Shown: positions 24,453 to 36,303 of the stretch, piece by piece
How positions within the stretch are numbered: position 1 is the first letter of the stretch
Layout of the letters: each line of letters opens with the position of its first letter
Source: Macrostomum lignano
Taxonomy: Eukaryota
Direction: 5' to 3'
DNA length: 64,000 nucleotides
NCBI GenBank assembly: GCA_002269645.1
Contig: NIVC01000412.1
Coordinates: forward strand, 372,001-436,000
Translations under genes and position numbers: made by a program
The notes under the pieces: model-generated
What the model was told of the DNA's origin: nothing
Seen by the model: only the letters and a program-made list of their open reading frames with translations
Database searches by the model: none

Positions 24453-24520
24453 GCACTAAGATAGACATACAGACAGTCACTAAGACAGATAGACAGTCAG
24501 ACAGACATACGCAGACAAAT
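23808..24520. repeat. (GACA)n microsatellite
   Basis: Long, interrupted GACA run. Confidence 0.95.
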
Positions 24521-25099
24521 ATGAAGCCGTCTCTATCAAGTTTCAATCTCTAAGAGAACTTTATTAGCTATGCACCCCGCACCACCAGCGCCAAAACGGT
24601 GACCCTGTGCTCTTAGCACGCAAATATGGAGTGGAAGTGGGCCTGCATGCAGTTAAAGTACACACAAGTGCAGCTCAGAGTCAGCCGATTAGAAAGAGCA
24701 CACTGTCGATAAACAAAGAGATAAGCAATTTTATTAAGTGCCCAGTGTCAGTGGGTGTCGGCCCGTGTGATGTTTTGTGAAAGCCTAATAACTGTTCTAA
24801 TCAGCTGAGTCGATTGTAGCGCACGCGTGCTGGATCAGATAATTCAGGCATTTTAAACTGTATTTTTGGCTACGATAATATACGTATTCAGATCGTTGAT
24901 CGTGGTGTGCCTGTGACTTGGTTTTCAAGTGCTCCTTACTCGGGGACGGCTTGTCCTCGAATTGAACTTCGATCTCCAACCCACTGTTATAAATAGTTCA
25001 AATTTCAATAATTTTATTAATAAGCGCCTCGTTGAAATCATTGATTTCTTCTGAATTTTTTTGTCCAACAACAACAAACTCGACAATCCTACAGCAGGG

Positions 25100-25118
25100 A
25101 TGGCATTCGCTGCGAAAG
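25100..25118 (+). CDS. PAPSS: Candidate first coding exon of PAPS synthase (MAFAAK-)
   Basis: ATG GCA TTC GCT GCG AAA G|GTAAC is a phase-1 donor that matches the phase-1 acceptor at 26153, giving [18 protein letters not shown]. The ATG at 26173 is an alternative start. Confidence 0.45.
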
Positions 25119-25439
25119 GTAACATGCTGGTCGTGACTTGTCTCAACAATCTATTTTTTAATTCGTATCGATTTTTTTGGTTGATTGAGGATTTAATCAT
25201 TTTTCCTTTTCCAATCTTAGCTGGCAGCTGCGTGATGCCTGTCTCGGTTTGGTGGATTTGCATATTTTTAGGCTCGCTTATCTGCGCTATGTATTTATGC
25301 TGGGTGGAATTTCAGATTAGAGAGTTTGAGGTAGCCATTGGTATTGGTTCTTGGATTATATTAAATACTTCATGTGTGTGTGTGAGAGATCTCATAGTGG
25401 CATGAGGTCTCGTAGTCTCATGTTCAAGATGAGATCTAT

Positions 25440-26060
25440 ATTCTTAATTTCGTGATGAAATCTCTCTAAAGAGATTCTATATTCTTGAGATAAGAGCTTC
25501 TATATGAGACTCTAGTCAACATTTTGAGATCTCGTAGATGAGACTTTAATGAACAGAGTGAGATCTCATAGATAAAAGACCCTAGTCAACAGAGTGAGAT
25601 CTCATAGATAAGAGACCCTAGTCAAAAGGGTGAGATCTCATAGATGATACTCTAGTCAACAGTGTGAGATCTCATGAATGAGATTCTAGTCAACAGGGTG
25701 AGATCTCATGGATAAGACTCTAGTCAAAAGGCTGAGATCTCATAGATAAGATTCTAGTCGAAAGGGTGAGATCTCATAGATGACTCTAGTCAACAGGGTG
25801 TGATCTCATGGATGAGACTCTAGTCAACAGTGTGAGATATCATAGATGAGGCTGAGACCATAATCATCAGCGTGCAATCTCATGGATGAGGCTCTAGTCA
25901 ACAGGGTGAGATCTCATAGCTAATACTCTAGCCAGACAGTGAGATTTCATAGATAGACGGTGACTCTAATCAAAGCAGCGTGAGATCTCATAGATGAGAC
26001 TCTAGTCAACAGGGTGAGATCTCATAGATGAGACTCTAGTCTACAGGGTGAGATCTCAAA
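25440..26060. repeat. ~34-bp minisatellite (gagatctcatagatgagactctagtcaacagggt)
   Basis: Tandem units upstream of the PAPSS kinase exon. Confidence 0.85.
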
Positions 26061-26152
26061 ACTAGAGTCTGAGTATGAGACCTAAGAAGCTGGTTGTCTC
26101 CAACGGCGGAAGTTTCTACTCTCTCCCTCCCTGTCTGAAAAAACAATTCCAG

Positions 26153-26907
26153 ACCGACGCCTACCAAAGGTCATGGCAACCAACGTGTTCCGTCAGGCGC
26201 ATCACGTGACCCGCGACAAGCGCGCCCAGGTGATCGGGCAGCGCGGCGGATTCCGCGGCTGCACCATCTGGCTGACCGGCCTCTCGGGCGCCGGCAAGTC
26301 CACCATCGCATTCGGCTTGGAGGACTACCTGGTGTCCGCCGGCTTCCCCGCCTACACCCTGGACGGAGACAACATGCGCACCGGGCTGAACAAGAACCTC
26401 GGCTTCTCGCAGGAGGATCGCGAAGAGAACATCCGTCGGGTTAGCGAGGTTGCCAAGCTGTTCGCTGACGGCGGCATCGTGTGCATCACCGCCTTCATCA
26501 GTCCGTTCCGCAACGACCGGGACCGGGCTCGCCAGTTGCACGACGAGGCCGGATTGAAATTCTTCGAAATCTTTGTCGATGCGCCGTTGGAAGTGTGCGA
26601 AGATCGCGACGTCAAGGGGCTGTACAAGAAGGCCAGGGAGGGCCTCATCAAGGGCTTCACCGGGATCGACAGCGCCTACGAGGCGCCGCTGAGCCCCGAC
26701 ATCGCTGTGCAGACGGCCGACTGCAGCATCCGCCAGGCTGTGCAGTCTGTGGTTGGCCTGCTGATCAGCCAGGAGGTCCTGCCGGCCGCTGCCGCCCAGT
26801 CCGACATTGTCGAACTGCTGCTGTCCGATGGCGATGCCGCGCTGAGGGCCGAGGCTGAGGCTGCGCCAAGCGTTGAACTGGACCTCATCGATGCTCAGTG
26901 GGCTCAG
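26153..26907 (+). CDS. PAPSS: PAPS synthase exon: APS kinase domain and linker
   Basis: [16 protein letters not shown]...[13 protein letters not shown] (P-loop), [26 protein letters not shown]. Acceptor TTCCAG|, donor CAG|GTGGGT. Confidence 0.95.
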
Positions 26908-26939
26908 GTGGGTGTTGTGCTGCTTTGTGTGCGATTTTT

Positions 26940-27610
26940 GCGAGTCTCATATAGGTGAGATTGTTATAGTCTCATAGGTGAGATTTTTGCCGTCTCATAT
27001 AGGTGAGATTGTTATAGTCTCATAGGTGAGATTTTTGCCGTCTCATATAGGTGAGATTGTTATAGTCTCAGGTGAGATTTTGTAGTCTCATAGGTGAGAT
27101 TTTAATTGTCTTACGAGTATAGGTGAGATTTTTATTGTCTCATAGGTGAGGTTTTTGTTAGTCTCACAGGTGACATTTTTTATAACTCATAGGTGAGATT
27201 TTTTTGTCTCAAAGGTTTTTTTCATAGTCTCATAGGTGAGATTTTTTCTAATTTCAACGGTAAGATTTTTATAGTCTAGTGCTGGGATGTGAGATGTCAT
27301 AGATGCGACTTTTTAAGTTTAGCGACGATGTTTCATTGGTAAGATTATTGTCTTACGGTGAGATCTTATTGGTAAGATTATTGTCTCACAGTAAGATCTC
27401 TTTGGCAAGATAATTGTCTCACGGTGAGATCTCATTGTTAATATAATTGTCTCACGGTGAGATCTATCTCATTGGTAAGATTATTGTCTCACGGTGAGAT
27501 CTCATTAGTAAGATTATTGTCTCACGGTGAGATCTCATTAGTAATATTATTGTCTCACGGTGAGATCTCATTAGTAATATTATTGTTTCACGGTTAGACC
27601 TCATAGGTTA
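26940..27610. repeat. Intronic minisatellites based on gtctcataggtgagatt and gtctcacggtgagatctcatt(g/a)gtaagattatt
   Basis: Tandem, degenerate units. Confidence 0.85.
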
Positions 27611-28289
27611 GATAAAACAAAGATCTATTTGTTCTGTTCTTTTAGCTGCCAACCGGGTCAATTTCGACACCTAGCCAAGCTTAATTTTGGGATAATCAGA
27701 GAGCTTAGAATTCCGGTAACTGGGTCGGGGCTCGTGTTATCCCAATATGCAAATTACTAATGGGATTACTCCGCTGAGAACCTAGAGAGGATTTTCGCTT
27801 ATGATTCTCTTCGTCAGGATGAGGATTTCAGGGAGATGGGAGACTGACTGAGGCTAAGATTGAGATTGAGCAGATTGCTCCAGAGGGGGGGTTTAGTTCG
27901 GTCTGGTCCCAGCGAATATTATGCCTGTCCGTGGCTGGCGACAGGGAAAAGTGCATGCAGAGAGCGATCTGAGAGGAAGGAAGGATGGGTGAAGGGAGAC
28001 CCTGCCTCCTTGCTCGGGTTGGTCTGTCCTCTGCTGCTGGGCTGTGTCTTTCCTTCCGGGGGGGGGGGGCGATGTTTGACGTTGACTTTTTCCTGTGCTC
28101 TGCTGGGGCTTCCGTGTTTATCCATCATGTGCCGAGTTTGTCTCTACCGCTTCCGCCTGGGGCCAGGCAGACCTCCGTCAGATTCTAGATAATGAACAAA
28201 TTTCTGTCTTGTTTGCTTTGCAATTTTTTTTCGCTATTGTTGTCACTCGGTTTTTTGTGACTTAAAAGTTGACTGAGTTGACTGTTTCG

Positions 28290-29140
28290 GTGTCTGAGTA
28301 GACAATCTGGTGTCTGAGTAGACTATCTGGTATTTGAGTAGACTATCGGGTGTCTGAGTAGACTATCAGATATCTGAGTAGACTATCTAGTGTCTGAGTA
28401 GACTATCGGGTATCTGAATAGACTATTGGGTGTCTGAGTAGACTATTGTTTGTCTAAGTAGACTATCGGGTATCTGAGTAGACTATTGTGTGTCTGAGTA
28501 GATTATTGTTTGTCTGAGTAGACTATCGGGTATCTGAGTAGACTATCGGGTATCTGAGTAGACTATTGGGTGTCTGAGTAGACTATTGGGTATCTGAGTA
28601 GACTATCGGGTATCTGAGTAGACTATCGGGTATCTGAGTAGACTATTGGGTGTCTGAATAGACTATTGTTTGTCTGAGTAGACTATCGGATATCTGAGTA
28701 GGCTATTGGGTGTCTGAGTAGACTATTTGGTATCTGAGTAGACTATCGGGTATCTGAGTAGACTATTGGGTGTCTGAGTAGACTATTGTTTGTCTGAGTA
28801 GACTATCGGATATCTGAGTAGGCTATTGGGTGTCTGAGTAGACTATTTGGTATCTGAGTAGACTATCGGATATCTGAGCAGACTATTGGGTATCTGAGTA
28901 GACTATCGGGTATCTGAGTAGACTATCGGGTATCTGAGTAGACTATCGGGTATCTGAGTAGACTGTCGGATATCTAAGCAGGCTATTAGGCGTCTAAAGT
29001 AGGCTATTATGTGTTTGAAGTAGGCTATTATGTGTTTGAAGTAGGCTATTATGTGTTTGAAGTAGACTATTATGTGTTTGAAGTAGACTAATATGTTTCT
29101 GAAGTAGACTGATAAGTGTCTGAGAGTAGACTATCTAAGA
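28290..29140. repeat. 20-bp intronic minisatellite (tctgagtagactatcgggta)
   Basis: Tandem units. Confidence 0.9.
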
Positions 29141-29260
29141 CTTCTGAGTAAATTATGAGGTTTTTGATAGACCTAGACGCTATACGTATTTGGTTGTTTC
29201 TGGTTGCTCAGTGCTTAAACTGCATCTCATTCATATTCATAACCCACGCCATGCAATCAG

Positions 29261-29796
29261 GTGCTGTCCGAAGGCTGGGCTCACCCGCTGCGCGGCTTCA
29301 TGACGAGCGTCAGTACCTTCAATGCCTGCACTTTGGCACCATCACGGAGGCGGACACGACACCCGGCGGAGGCGACGATGCCTTCCTGGGCGGCCCGGTG
29401 CACAATCAGAGCGTCCCAATTGTGCTGGCCATCGACGAGGCCACCAAAGCCTCGGTTGAAGGCCGGCCAGTTGTCGGCCTGCGCTATTCCGGCCGGCTCA
29501 TTGGCGTGCTGCGCTGTCCGGAGATTTTCCCGCACAACAAGCGAGAGCGCTGCTGCCGGATCTTCGGTACAGCCTCGCCGGGGCACCCCAGCGTGGAGAG
29601 AATCATGGCTAGCGGCGACTGGCTGATTGGCGGCCAGATTGCCCTGCTGGAGCCGATGCGCTGGGGCGACGGGCTGGACGAGTACCGGCTGACCCCGCTG
29701 CAGCTGCGGGCCAAGTTTGAGGCTATGGGAGCCGATGCCGTGTTCGCCTTCCAGCTGCGCAACCCGGTGCACAACGGGCACGCCTTGCTCATGCAG
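29261..29796 (+). CDS. PAPSS: PAPS synthase exon: N-part of ATP sulfurylase, with an apparent 1-nt deletion at 29303-29304
   Basis: VLSEGWAHPLRGFM, then after a frame change ERQYLQCLHFG...ADAVFAFQLRNPVHNGHALLMQ (HxxH motif). Acceptor AATCAG|, donor CAG|GTGTGG. Confidence 0.9.
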
Positions 29797-29819
29797 GTGT
29801 GGGCGACTGTCTGTCTGTT

Positions 29820-30290
29820 TAAACACCCTGACCCCTAGACTATAAACACCCTGACTTCTAGACTACGAGCTATAAACACCCTGACCCCTACCCTGTAAAC
29901 ACCCTGACCCCTAGACTATAAACACCCTGACTTCTAGACTACGAGCTATAAACACCCTGACTTCTAGACTACGAGCTATAAACACCCTGACCTCTAGACT
30001 ATAAACACCCTGACCCATAGACTATAAACACCCTGACCCTACCCCTATAAACACCCTAACCCCTACCCTAAAAACACCCTGACCCTACCCCTATAAACAC
30101 CCTGACCCTACCCCTATAAACACCCTGACCCTACCCCTATAAACACCCTGACCCTACCCCTATAAACACCCTGACCCTACCCCTATAAACACCCTGACCC
30201 TACCCCTATAAACACCCTGACCCTACCCCTTTAAACACCCTGACCCTACCCCTATAAACACCCTGACCCCACCCTATAACGCCCTGGCAA
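29820..30290. repeat. ~23-bp intronic minisatellite (ctataaacaccctgaccctaccc)
   Basis: Tandem units. Confidence 0.9.
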
Positions 30291-30399
30291 ACCTCATCAA
30301 CCCAATAAACGCCTCCTACATAATAAACACTTGACCTATTTGAACAGTAAAGCTCCATCCAGCCAGATAAACACCCCAACCAACCCCGCCAACCGTCAG

Positions 30400-30972
30400 G
30401 ACACCCGCCGCCGCCTGCTGGAGCGCGGCTACCGCAACCCGGTGCTTCTGCTGCACCCCCTCGGCGGCTGGACAAAACCGGACGATGTCCCGCTAGACGT
30501 CCGCATGCGCCAACACGCGGAGGTTCTACGCGAAGGCGTGCTGGACCCGGCCACCACCGTCACGGCCATCTTCCCCGCCCCCATGCTGTACGCCGGCCCC
30601 ACCGAGGTGCAGTGGCACGCCAAGGCCCGCATGAACGCCGGAGCTTCTTTCTATATTGTCGGCCGGGATCCGGCCGGTCTGCCCGATCCGGACACTCCCG
30701 GACAGGACCTGTACAACCCGACTCACGGCGCCACCGTCCTGACTATGGCCCCCGGCCTCGCCCAGCTGGAGATTGTGCCGTTCCGCGTGGCCGCCTACGA
30801 CAAGTCCGTCAGCCAGATGGCCTTCTTTGACCCGGCCAGAAAGTCCGACTTCGACTTCATCTCGGGCACGCGGATGCGAAATCTGGCCAAAACTGGCCAG
30901 CTGCCACCGGACGGATTTATGGCCCCGGCGGCTTGGAAGGTTTTGGCCGATTATTATAATAGCGGCCAGTGA
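30400..30972 (+). CDS. PAPSS: PAPS synthase last exon: C-part of ATP sulfurylase
   Basis: [32 protein letters not shown]...[14 protein letters not shown]...[10 protein letters not shown]...FISGTRMR...WKVLADYY, stop TGA at 30970-30972. Confidence 0.95.
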   Translation, partial: DTRRRLLERGYRNPVLLLHPLGGWTKPDDVPLDVRMRQHAEVLREGVLDPATTVTAIFPAPMLYAGPTEVQWHAKARMNAGASFYIVGRDPAGLPDPDTPGQDLYNPTHGATVLTMAPGLAQLEIVPFRVAAYDKSVSQMAFFDPARKSDFDFISGTRMRNLAKTGQLPPDGFMAPAAWKVLADYYNSGQ

Positions 30973-32003
30973 CGTTAAACTACTGACAGTAGTGTGCAAG
31001 ATTATTATAATAGCGACCTTGAAATTAAACTACTGAGTAGTAGTGTGCAAGATTATTATAATAGCGACCTTGAAATTAAACTACTGACAGTAGTGTGCAA
31101 GATTATTATAATAGCGACCTTGAAATTAAACTATTGACAGTAGTGTGCAAGATTATTATAATAGCGACCTTGAAATTAAACTACTGACAGTAGCGTGCAA
31201 GATTATTATAATAGCGACCTTGAAATTATACTACTGACAGTAGTGTGCAAGATTATTATAATAGCGACCTTGAAATTAAACTACTGATAGTAGTGTGCAA
31301 GATTATTATAATAGCGACCTTGAAATTAAACTACTGACAGTAGTGTGCAAGATTATTATAATAGCGACCTTGAAATTAAACTATTGACAGTAGTGTGCAA
31401 GAATATTATAATAGCGACCTTGAAATTAAACTACTGACAGTAGCGTGCAAGATTATTATAATAGCGACCTTGAAATTAAACTACTGATAGTAGTGTGCAA
31501 GATTATTATAATAGCGACCTTGAAATTAAACTACTGATAGTAGTGTGCAAGATTATTATAATAGCGACCTTGAAATTAAACTACTGACAGTAGTGTGCAA
31601 GATTATTATAATAGCGGCCATTGAAATTAAACTACTGACAGTAGTGTGCAAGATTATTATAATAGCGACCTTGAAATTATACTACTGACAGTAGTGTGCA
31701 AGATTATTATAATAGCGACCTTGAAATTATACTACTGACAGTAGTGTGCAAGATTATTATAATAGCGACCTTGAAATTAAACTACTGAGTAGTAGTGTGC
31801 AAGATTATTATAATAGCGACCTTGAAATTAAACTACTGACAGTAGTGTGCAAGATTATTATAATAGCGACCTTGAAATTAAACTACTGAGTAGTAGTGTG
31901 CAAGATTATTATAATAGCGACCTTGAAATTATACTACTGACAGTAGTGTGCAAGATTATTATAATAGCGACCTTGAAATTAAACTACTGATAGTAGTGTG
32001 CAA
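30949..32003. repeat. 50-bp minisatellite whose first unit overlaps the PAPSS stop codon
   Basis: Unit gattattataatagcgaccttgaaattaaactactgacagtagtgtgcaa, about 20 copies. Confidence 0.95.
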
Positions 32004-32257
32004 GTTCAAGAAACATTTCTATAGTCAGATTTGTTTTTTTCTGTTTTGGAAAGATTGCAAAAGAATTAACATTCGTTGGCAAATAATTGCGGCTTGAAAT
32101 TAGCTTTTTCTAAATTGCTTTACAGTGATGATTAATATCGTGTCTTATCTTTTGTGGCAATGTTGTTGCTAGTTGTTAGACTAGTTGGTTTTTGCCTTTT
32201 TCCTGCTAGTTTTATTTGTGCTATTATTTCTAATGCTTTGGATTGTGAGATTTTGAT

Positions 32258-33265
32258 AAGATTGGGATCTGGGATCTAAAAATGAATCTGAGATCTGGGA
32301 TCTGGGATCTCAAGATTAGTATCTGGGATCTTAAGATTGGGATCTGCGATCTCAAGATTGGGATCTGCGATCTCAAGATTGGGATCTGGGATCTCAAGAT
32401 TGGGATCTGGGATCTCAAGATTGGGATCTGGGATCTCAAGATTGGGATTAGGGATCTCAAGATTGGGATCTGGGATCTCAAGATTGGGATTAGGGATCTC
32501 AAGATTGGGATCTGGGATCTCAAGATTGGGATTAGGGATCTCAAGATTGGGATCTGGGATCTCAAGATTGGGATCTGGAATCTCAAGATTGGGATCTGGG
32601 ATCTTAAGATTGGGATCTGCGATCTCAAGATTGGGATCTGGGATCTCAAGATTGGGATCTGGGATCTCAAGATTGGGATTAGGGATCTCAAGATTGGGAT
32701 CTGGGATCTCAAGATTGGGATCTGGGATCTCAAGATTGGGATCTGGAATCTCAAGATTGGGATCTGCGATCTCAAGATTGGGATCTGCGATCTCAAGATT
32801 GGGATCTGCGATCTCAAGATTGGGATCTGGGATCTCAAGATTGGGATCTGGGATCTCAAGATTGGGATTAGGGATCTCAAGATTGGGATCTGGGATCTCA
32901 AGATTGGGATCTGGGATCTCAAGATTGGGATCTGGAATCTCAAGATTGGGATCTGCGATCTCAAGATTGGGATCTGCGATCTCAAGATTGGGATCTGCGA
33001 TCTCAAGATTGGGATCTGGGATCTCAAGATTGGGATCTGGGATCTCAAGATTGGGATTAGGGATCTCAAGATTGGGATCTGGGATCTCAAGATTGGGATC
33101 TGGGATCTCAAGATTGGGATCTGGGATCTCAAGATTGGGATTAGGGATCTCAAGATTGGGATCTGGGATCTCAAGATTGGGATCTGGGATCTTAAGATTT
33201 GGATCTGGGATCTCAAGATTTGGATCTGGGATCTCAAGATTCGGATCTGGGATCTTAAGATTTGG
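32258..33265. repeat. 21-bp minisatellite (gggatctcaagattgggatct)
   Basis: Highly homogeneous tandem units; long ORFs in several frames are a by-product. Confidence 0.95.
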
Positions 33266-33897
33266 ATTATTCTTGACGTTTAAAACCTTTTTTCATTGAA
33301 AATGTTTACTTAACGGCATCACATACTACTATCAAGAAGTAATATGTATCAAAGGCATAATAGGACTGAATTTTGTGTCTCGTTGTTAGCAAGTTTGTGC
33401 TTTAGTTTTTTCAATTAAAGTCAGTAAAGTTTGTTTGTTTTTTGTCACCCATTTACGCAGCCGCAAATAATTCCCAAGAATTCGGAATGGCAATTCTGCT
33501 GATCAAAATTATCGATATTTATTGAATTAAACATTTAATCCAACCCTGTTGTCTTGTCCTATTAGCAACGTTGATCTTTTAGTAGTAAGATTTGCGTTTT
33601 ACTCCTATTTTTAGGACATTTTTCTGGCTTGCGCTTCCTGTGGACGTGTTGTGGCCGTATTATTTATATGCATTGTCATTTGGCTGGACTTTGTTCATGT
33701 TGTAACAATTTATGTATATCCGTGTGTCAATGTGCCGTGTTTAGTAATTATATTTTCATTTTGGAAACTTGTTAATGTGGCGAAAATGAGAATTGCAATT
33801 CTGATGCGGCTTCTGCTGCTTTTAGGTTCTGATTCTTTGCTTGAGTAGAGTTTGAAATTGACATATTTGTGGAGTTCACTGGTTTTTTTCTTTTTTG

Positions 33898-34790
33898 AAC
33901 CTGAGTATCTTATCTGATGTACCCGAGTATCTTATCTGATATACCTGAGTATCTTATCTGATGTACCCGAGTATCTTATCTGACATACCTGAGTATCTTA
34001 TCTGACATACCTGAGTATTTTATCTGACATACCTGAGTATCTTATCTGATGTACCCGAGTATCTTATCTGATATACCTGAGTATCTTATCTGATGTACCC
34101 GAGTATCTTATCTGACATACCTGAGTATCTTATCTGACATACCTGAGTATCTTATCTGATGTACCCGAGTATCTTATCTGATGTACCTGAGTATCTTATC
34201 TGATGTACCCGAGTATCTTATCTGACATACCTAAGTATCTTTTCTGAAATATCCCAGTATCTTATCTTCTGATATATCCCAGTATCTTATCTTCTGATGT
34301 ACCTGAGTATCTTATCTGACATACCTGAGTATCTTATCTGATGTACCTGAGTATCTTATCTGACATACCTGAGTATCTTATCTGACATACCTGATTATCT
34401 TATCTGATATACCTGAGTATCTTATCTGACATACCTGAGTATCTTATCTGATGTACCTGAGTATCTTATCTGACATACCTGCGTATCTAATCTGACATAC
34501 CTGAGTATCTTATCTGATGTACCTGAGTATCCTATCTGATATACCTGAGTATCTTATCTGACATACCTGAGAATCTTATCTGATATACCTGAGTATCTAA
34601 TCTGACATACCTGAGTATCTAATCTGACATACCTGAGTATCTTATCTGATATAGCCACAGATACTATAAACACATTAATAGGCGTATTAATAATAATGTT
34701 TCTGTGGATATACCTGAGCATCTTTTTTGATATACATGTACCTGAGTTTCTTATTTTATCCTGAGTATATTTTCTTATATACCTGAATCG
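33898..34790. repeat. 22-bp minisatellite (cctgagtatcttatctgacata)
   Basis: Tandem units. Confidence 0.9.
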
Positions 34791-35037
34791 CAAGTTAAGC
34801 AGAGTTAGCCGTTTTTAGTACATAGCGGAATAGGCCGGTTGCGTAACCCAACCCTTACGGCAGCCACTGTAAACCATTAGTTAATTAAGATCTCCAGGTG
34901 AACCTAAATAGCTTTCTCATCATCATCAAAGTTTGAGGGTCACAGAGACAGAGAGCATAATGCTTTCAACAAATCAATCCACAATGCATTACCTACTTAA
35001 AAATAGCTTTAAAAGATTTAAGCTTCTTAGCAGTTTA

Positions 35038-35670
35038 CTAGCAATCTTCGCCCCCCGATGGGGGACATCTGGATAGAATCCTTGTTCTTTACAAATAACA
35101 AATAGACAGCGAAATAAAGCCTTCATAAAAAACAACAGACATTCCCTCTAAAAAGAAAACATCCCAAGACAGCAAGCATCCCCCAGATAGCAAGCATCCC
35201 CCCCGATAGCAAGCAACCCCAGATAGCAAGTATTAACCTGGATACAAAGAGACCTTATAGACATCTAGCAACCCCCTCTTAGATAGCAAGTACCCTCCAC
35301 CCCCCAAGAGCAAGCATCTCCCAATAGCAAGTTACCCCAGTAGCAAGCATCCTTCCGATAGCAAGCATCCCCTTGATAGCAAGTATCCATCCTTAAATAG
35401 CAAGCATCCACCAGAGAAAGTAGCTAGCTAGTGCAACAATTTCCTTATAGTGGCTCCATTTTGTTTGGCATGACACTTCTTTTATGTTTGAAACGTTGTC
35501 TCTTTTATGTTTAAAAAGGTGGCTCTTTAATGTTGACATAGTGGCTCTTCTATGTTTACCATGGCGGCCCTTTTACGTTTGAAATGTTGTCTCTGTTATG
35601 TTTGACATGGTGGCTCTTCTATGTTCGACATGGTGGCTCTTTAATGTTTGACATTGAGTTTGACATTGAG
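35038..35670 (-). mobile_element. 5'-truncated copy of the Helitron B family
   Basis: Reverse complement of the CTAG end, hairpin and 3' module of 9790-10514, followed by the same 22-bp minisatellite. Confidence 0.75.
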
Positions 35671-35900
35671 ATTGGACTTTAAATAATCTAACAATAAAGA
35701 CAATACTACTAATAAGTAGTATTATAGTTCGTAATAGTAGTTTATTGTGATTTAGTTTGAAAATTTGTTTATTAGGTTAGTTAAAGAGTACCACAATTAC
35801 AGAAATTTGATTTTCCGACAATAAATATCAACTGTTAGGCACACAGATAGATAAAAATGATACCTTATATTAATTATTTTCCTATTAGTTGGGCATAATC

Positions 35901-36303
35901 TGTCTCGACTTTCTTAGTCATTTCTTCAGTTCATCTTCACTCATCCATTTTTACTCTGTTTCTCTCCCTCTCTCTCCAGTTCAGTCTTGTTATTCTCGTC
36001 TCTCTTCCTCGCTGCCTTCTGATTGGCTCTTCAACCTCGCCTCTTTCCTCCTCAGTCGCGACAGAAAAATAAGAAACTATTTAAATTAACAAACATTAAG
36101 ACATTAAACTACGGGGGTTGCAAATAAGAAATGGAGGGTGGAGTGCGCGAGCGCGACTGTGGAAAGAGTCGAGTTTGAAGAGCCAATCAGAAGGCAGCCA
36201 GGGAGAGAGACAAGAATAACAAGACTGAACTGGACATAAGAGGGAGAGAAACACAGAGACGAGTGCAGATGAACTTGAAGAAATGACTAAGCAAGTCGTG
36301 ACA
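35901..36303. mobile_element. MITE with ~150-bp TIRs and TGT...ACA termini (Ginger-like ends)
   Basis: TGTCTCGACTTTCTTAGTCATTTCTTCA... pairs with ...TGAAGAAATGACTAAGCAAGTCGTGACA. ATC is duplicated at the flanks. Confidence 0.65.

Noticed and set aside
23701-24546. QTDR/SVCL repeat ORFs
   Set aside because: By-products of a (GACA)n microsatellite.
27650-28190. Unique GC-richer island in a PAPSS intron with short ORFs
   Set aside because: No recognisable motifs, termini or splice pattern; probably a decayed insertion.
26161-30999. Antisense and alternate-frame ORFs over PAPSS exons (similar ones overlap sacsin and the GPCR)
   Set aside because: Expected shadows of GC-rich coding sequence.
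30949-32003. CRISPR-like regular repeats, here and in other arrays
   Set aside because: Units are contiguous with no unique spacers, no cas genes are present, and the context is eukaryotic.
32230-33299. Three long ORFs (320-335 aa) on both strands
   Set aside because: Translations of a 21-bp stop-free minisatellite; no other coding signal.
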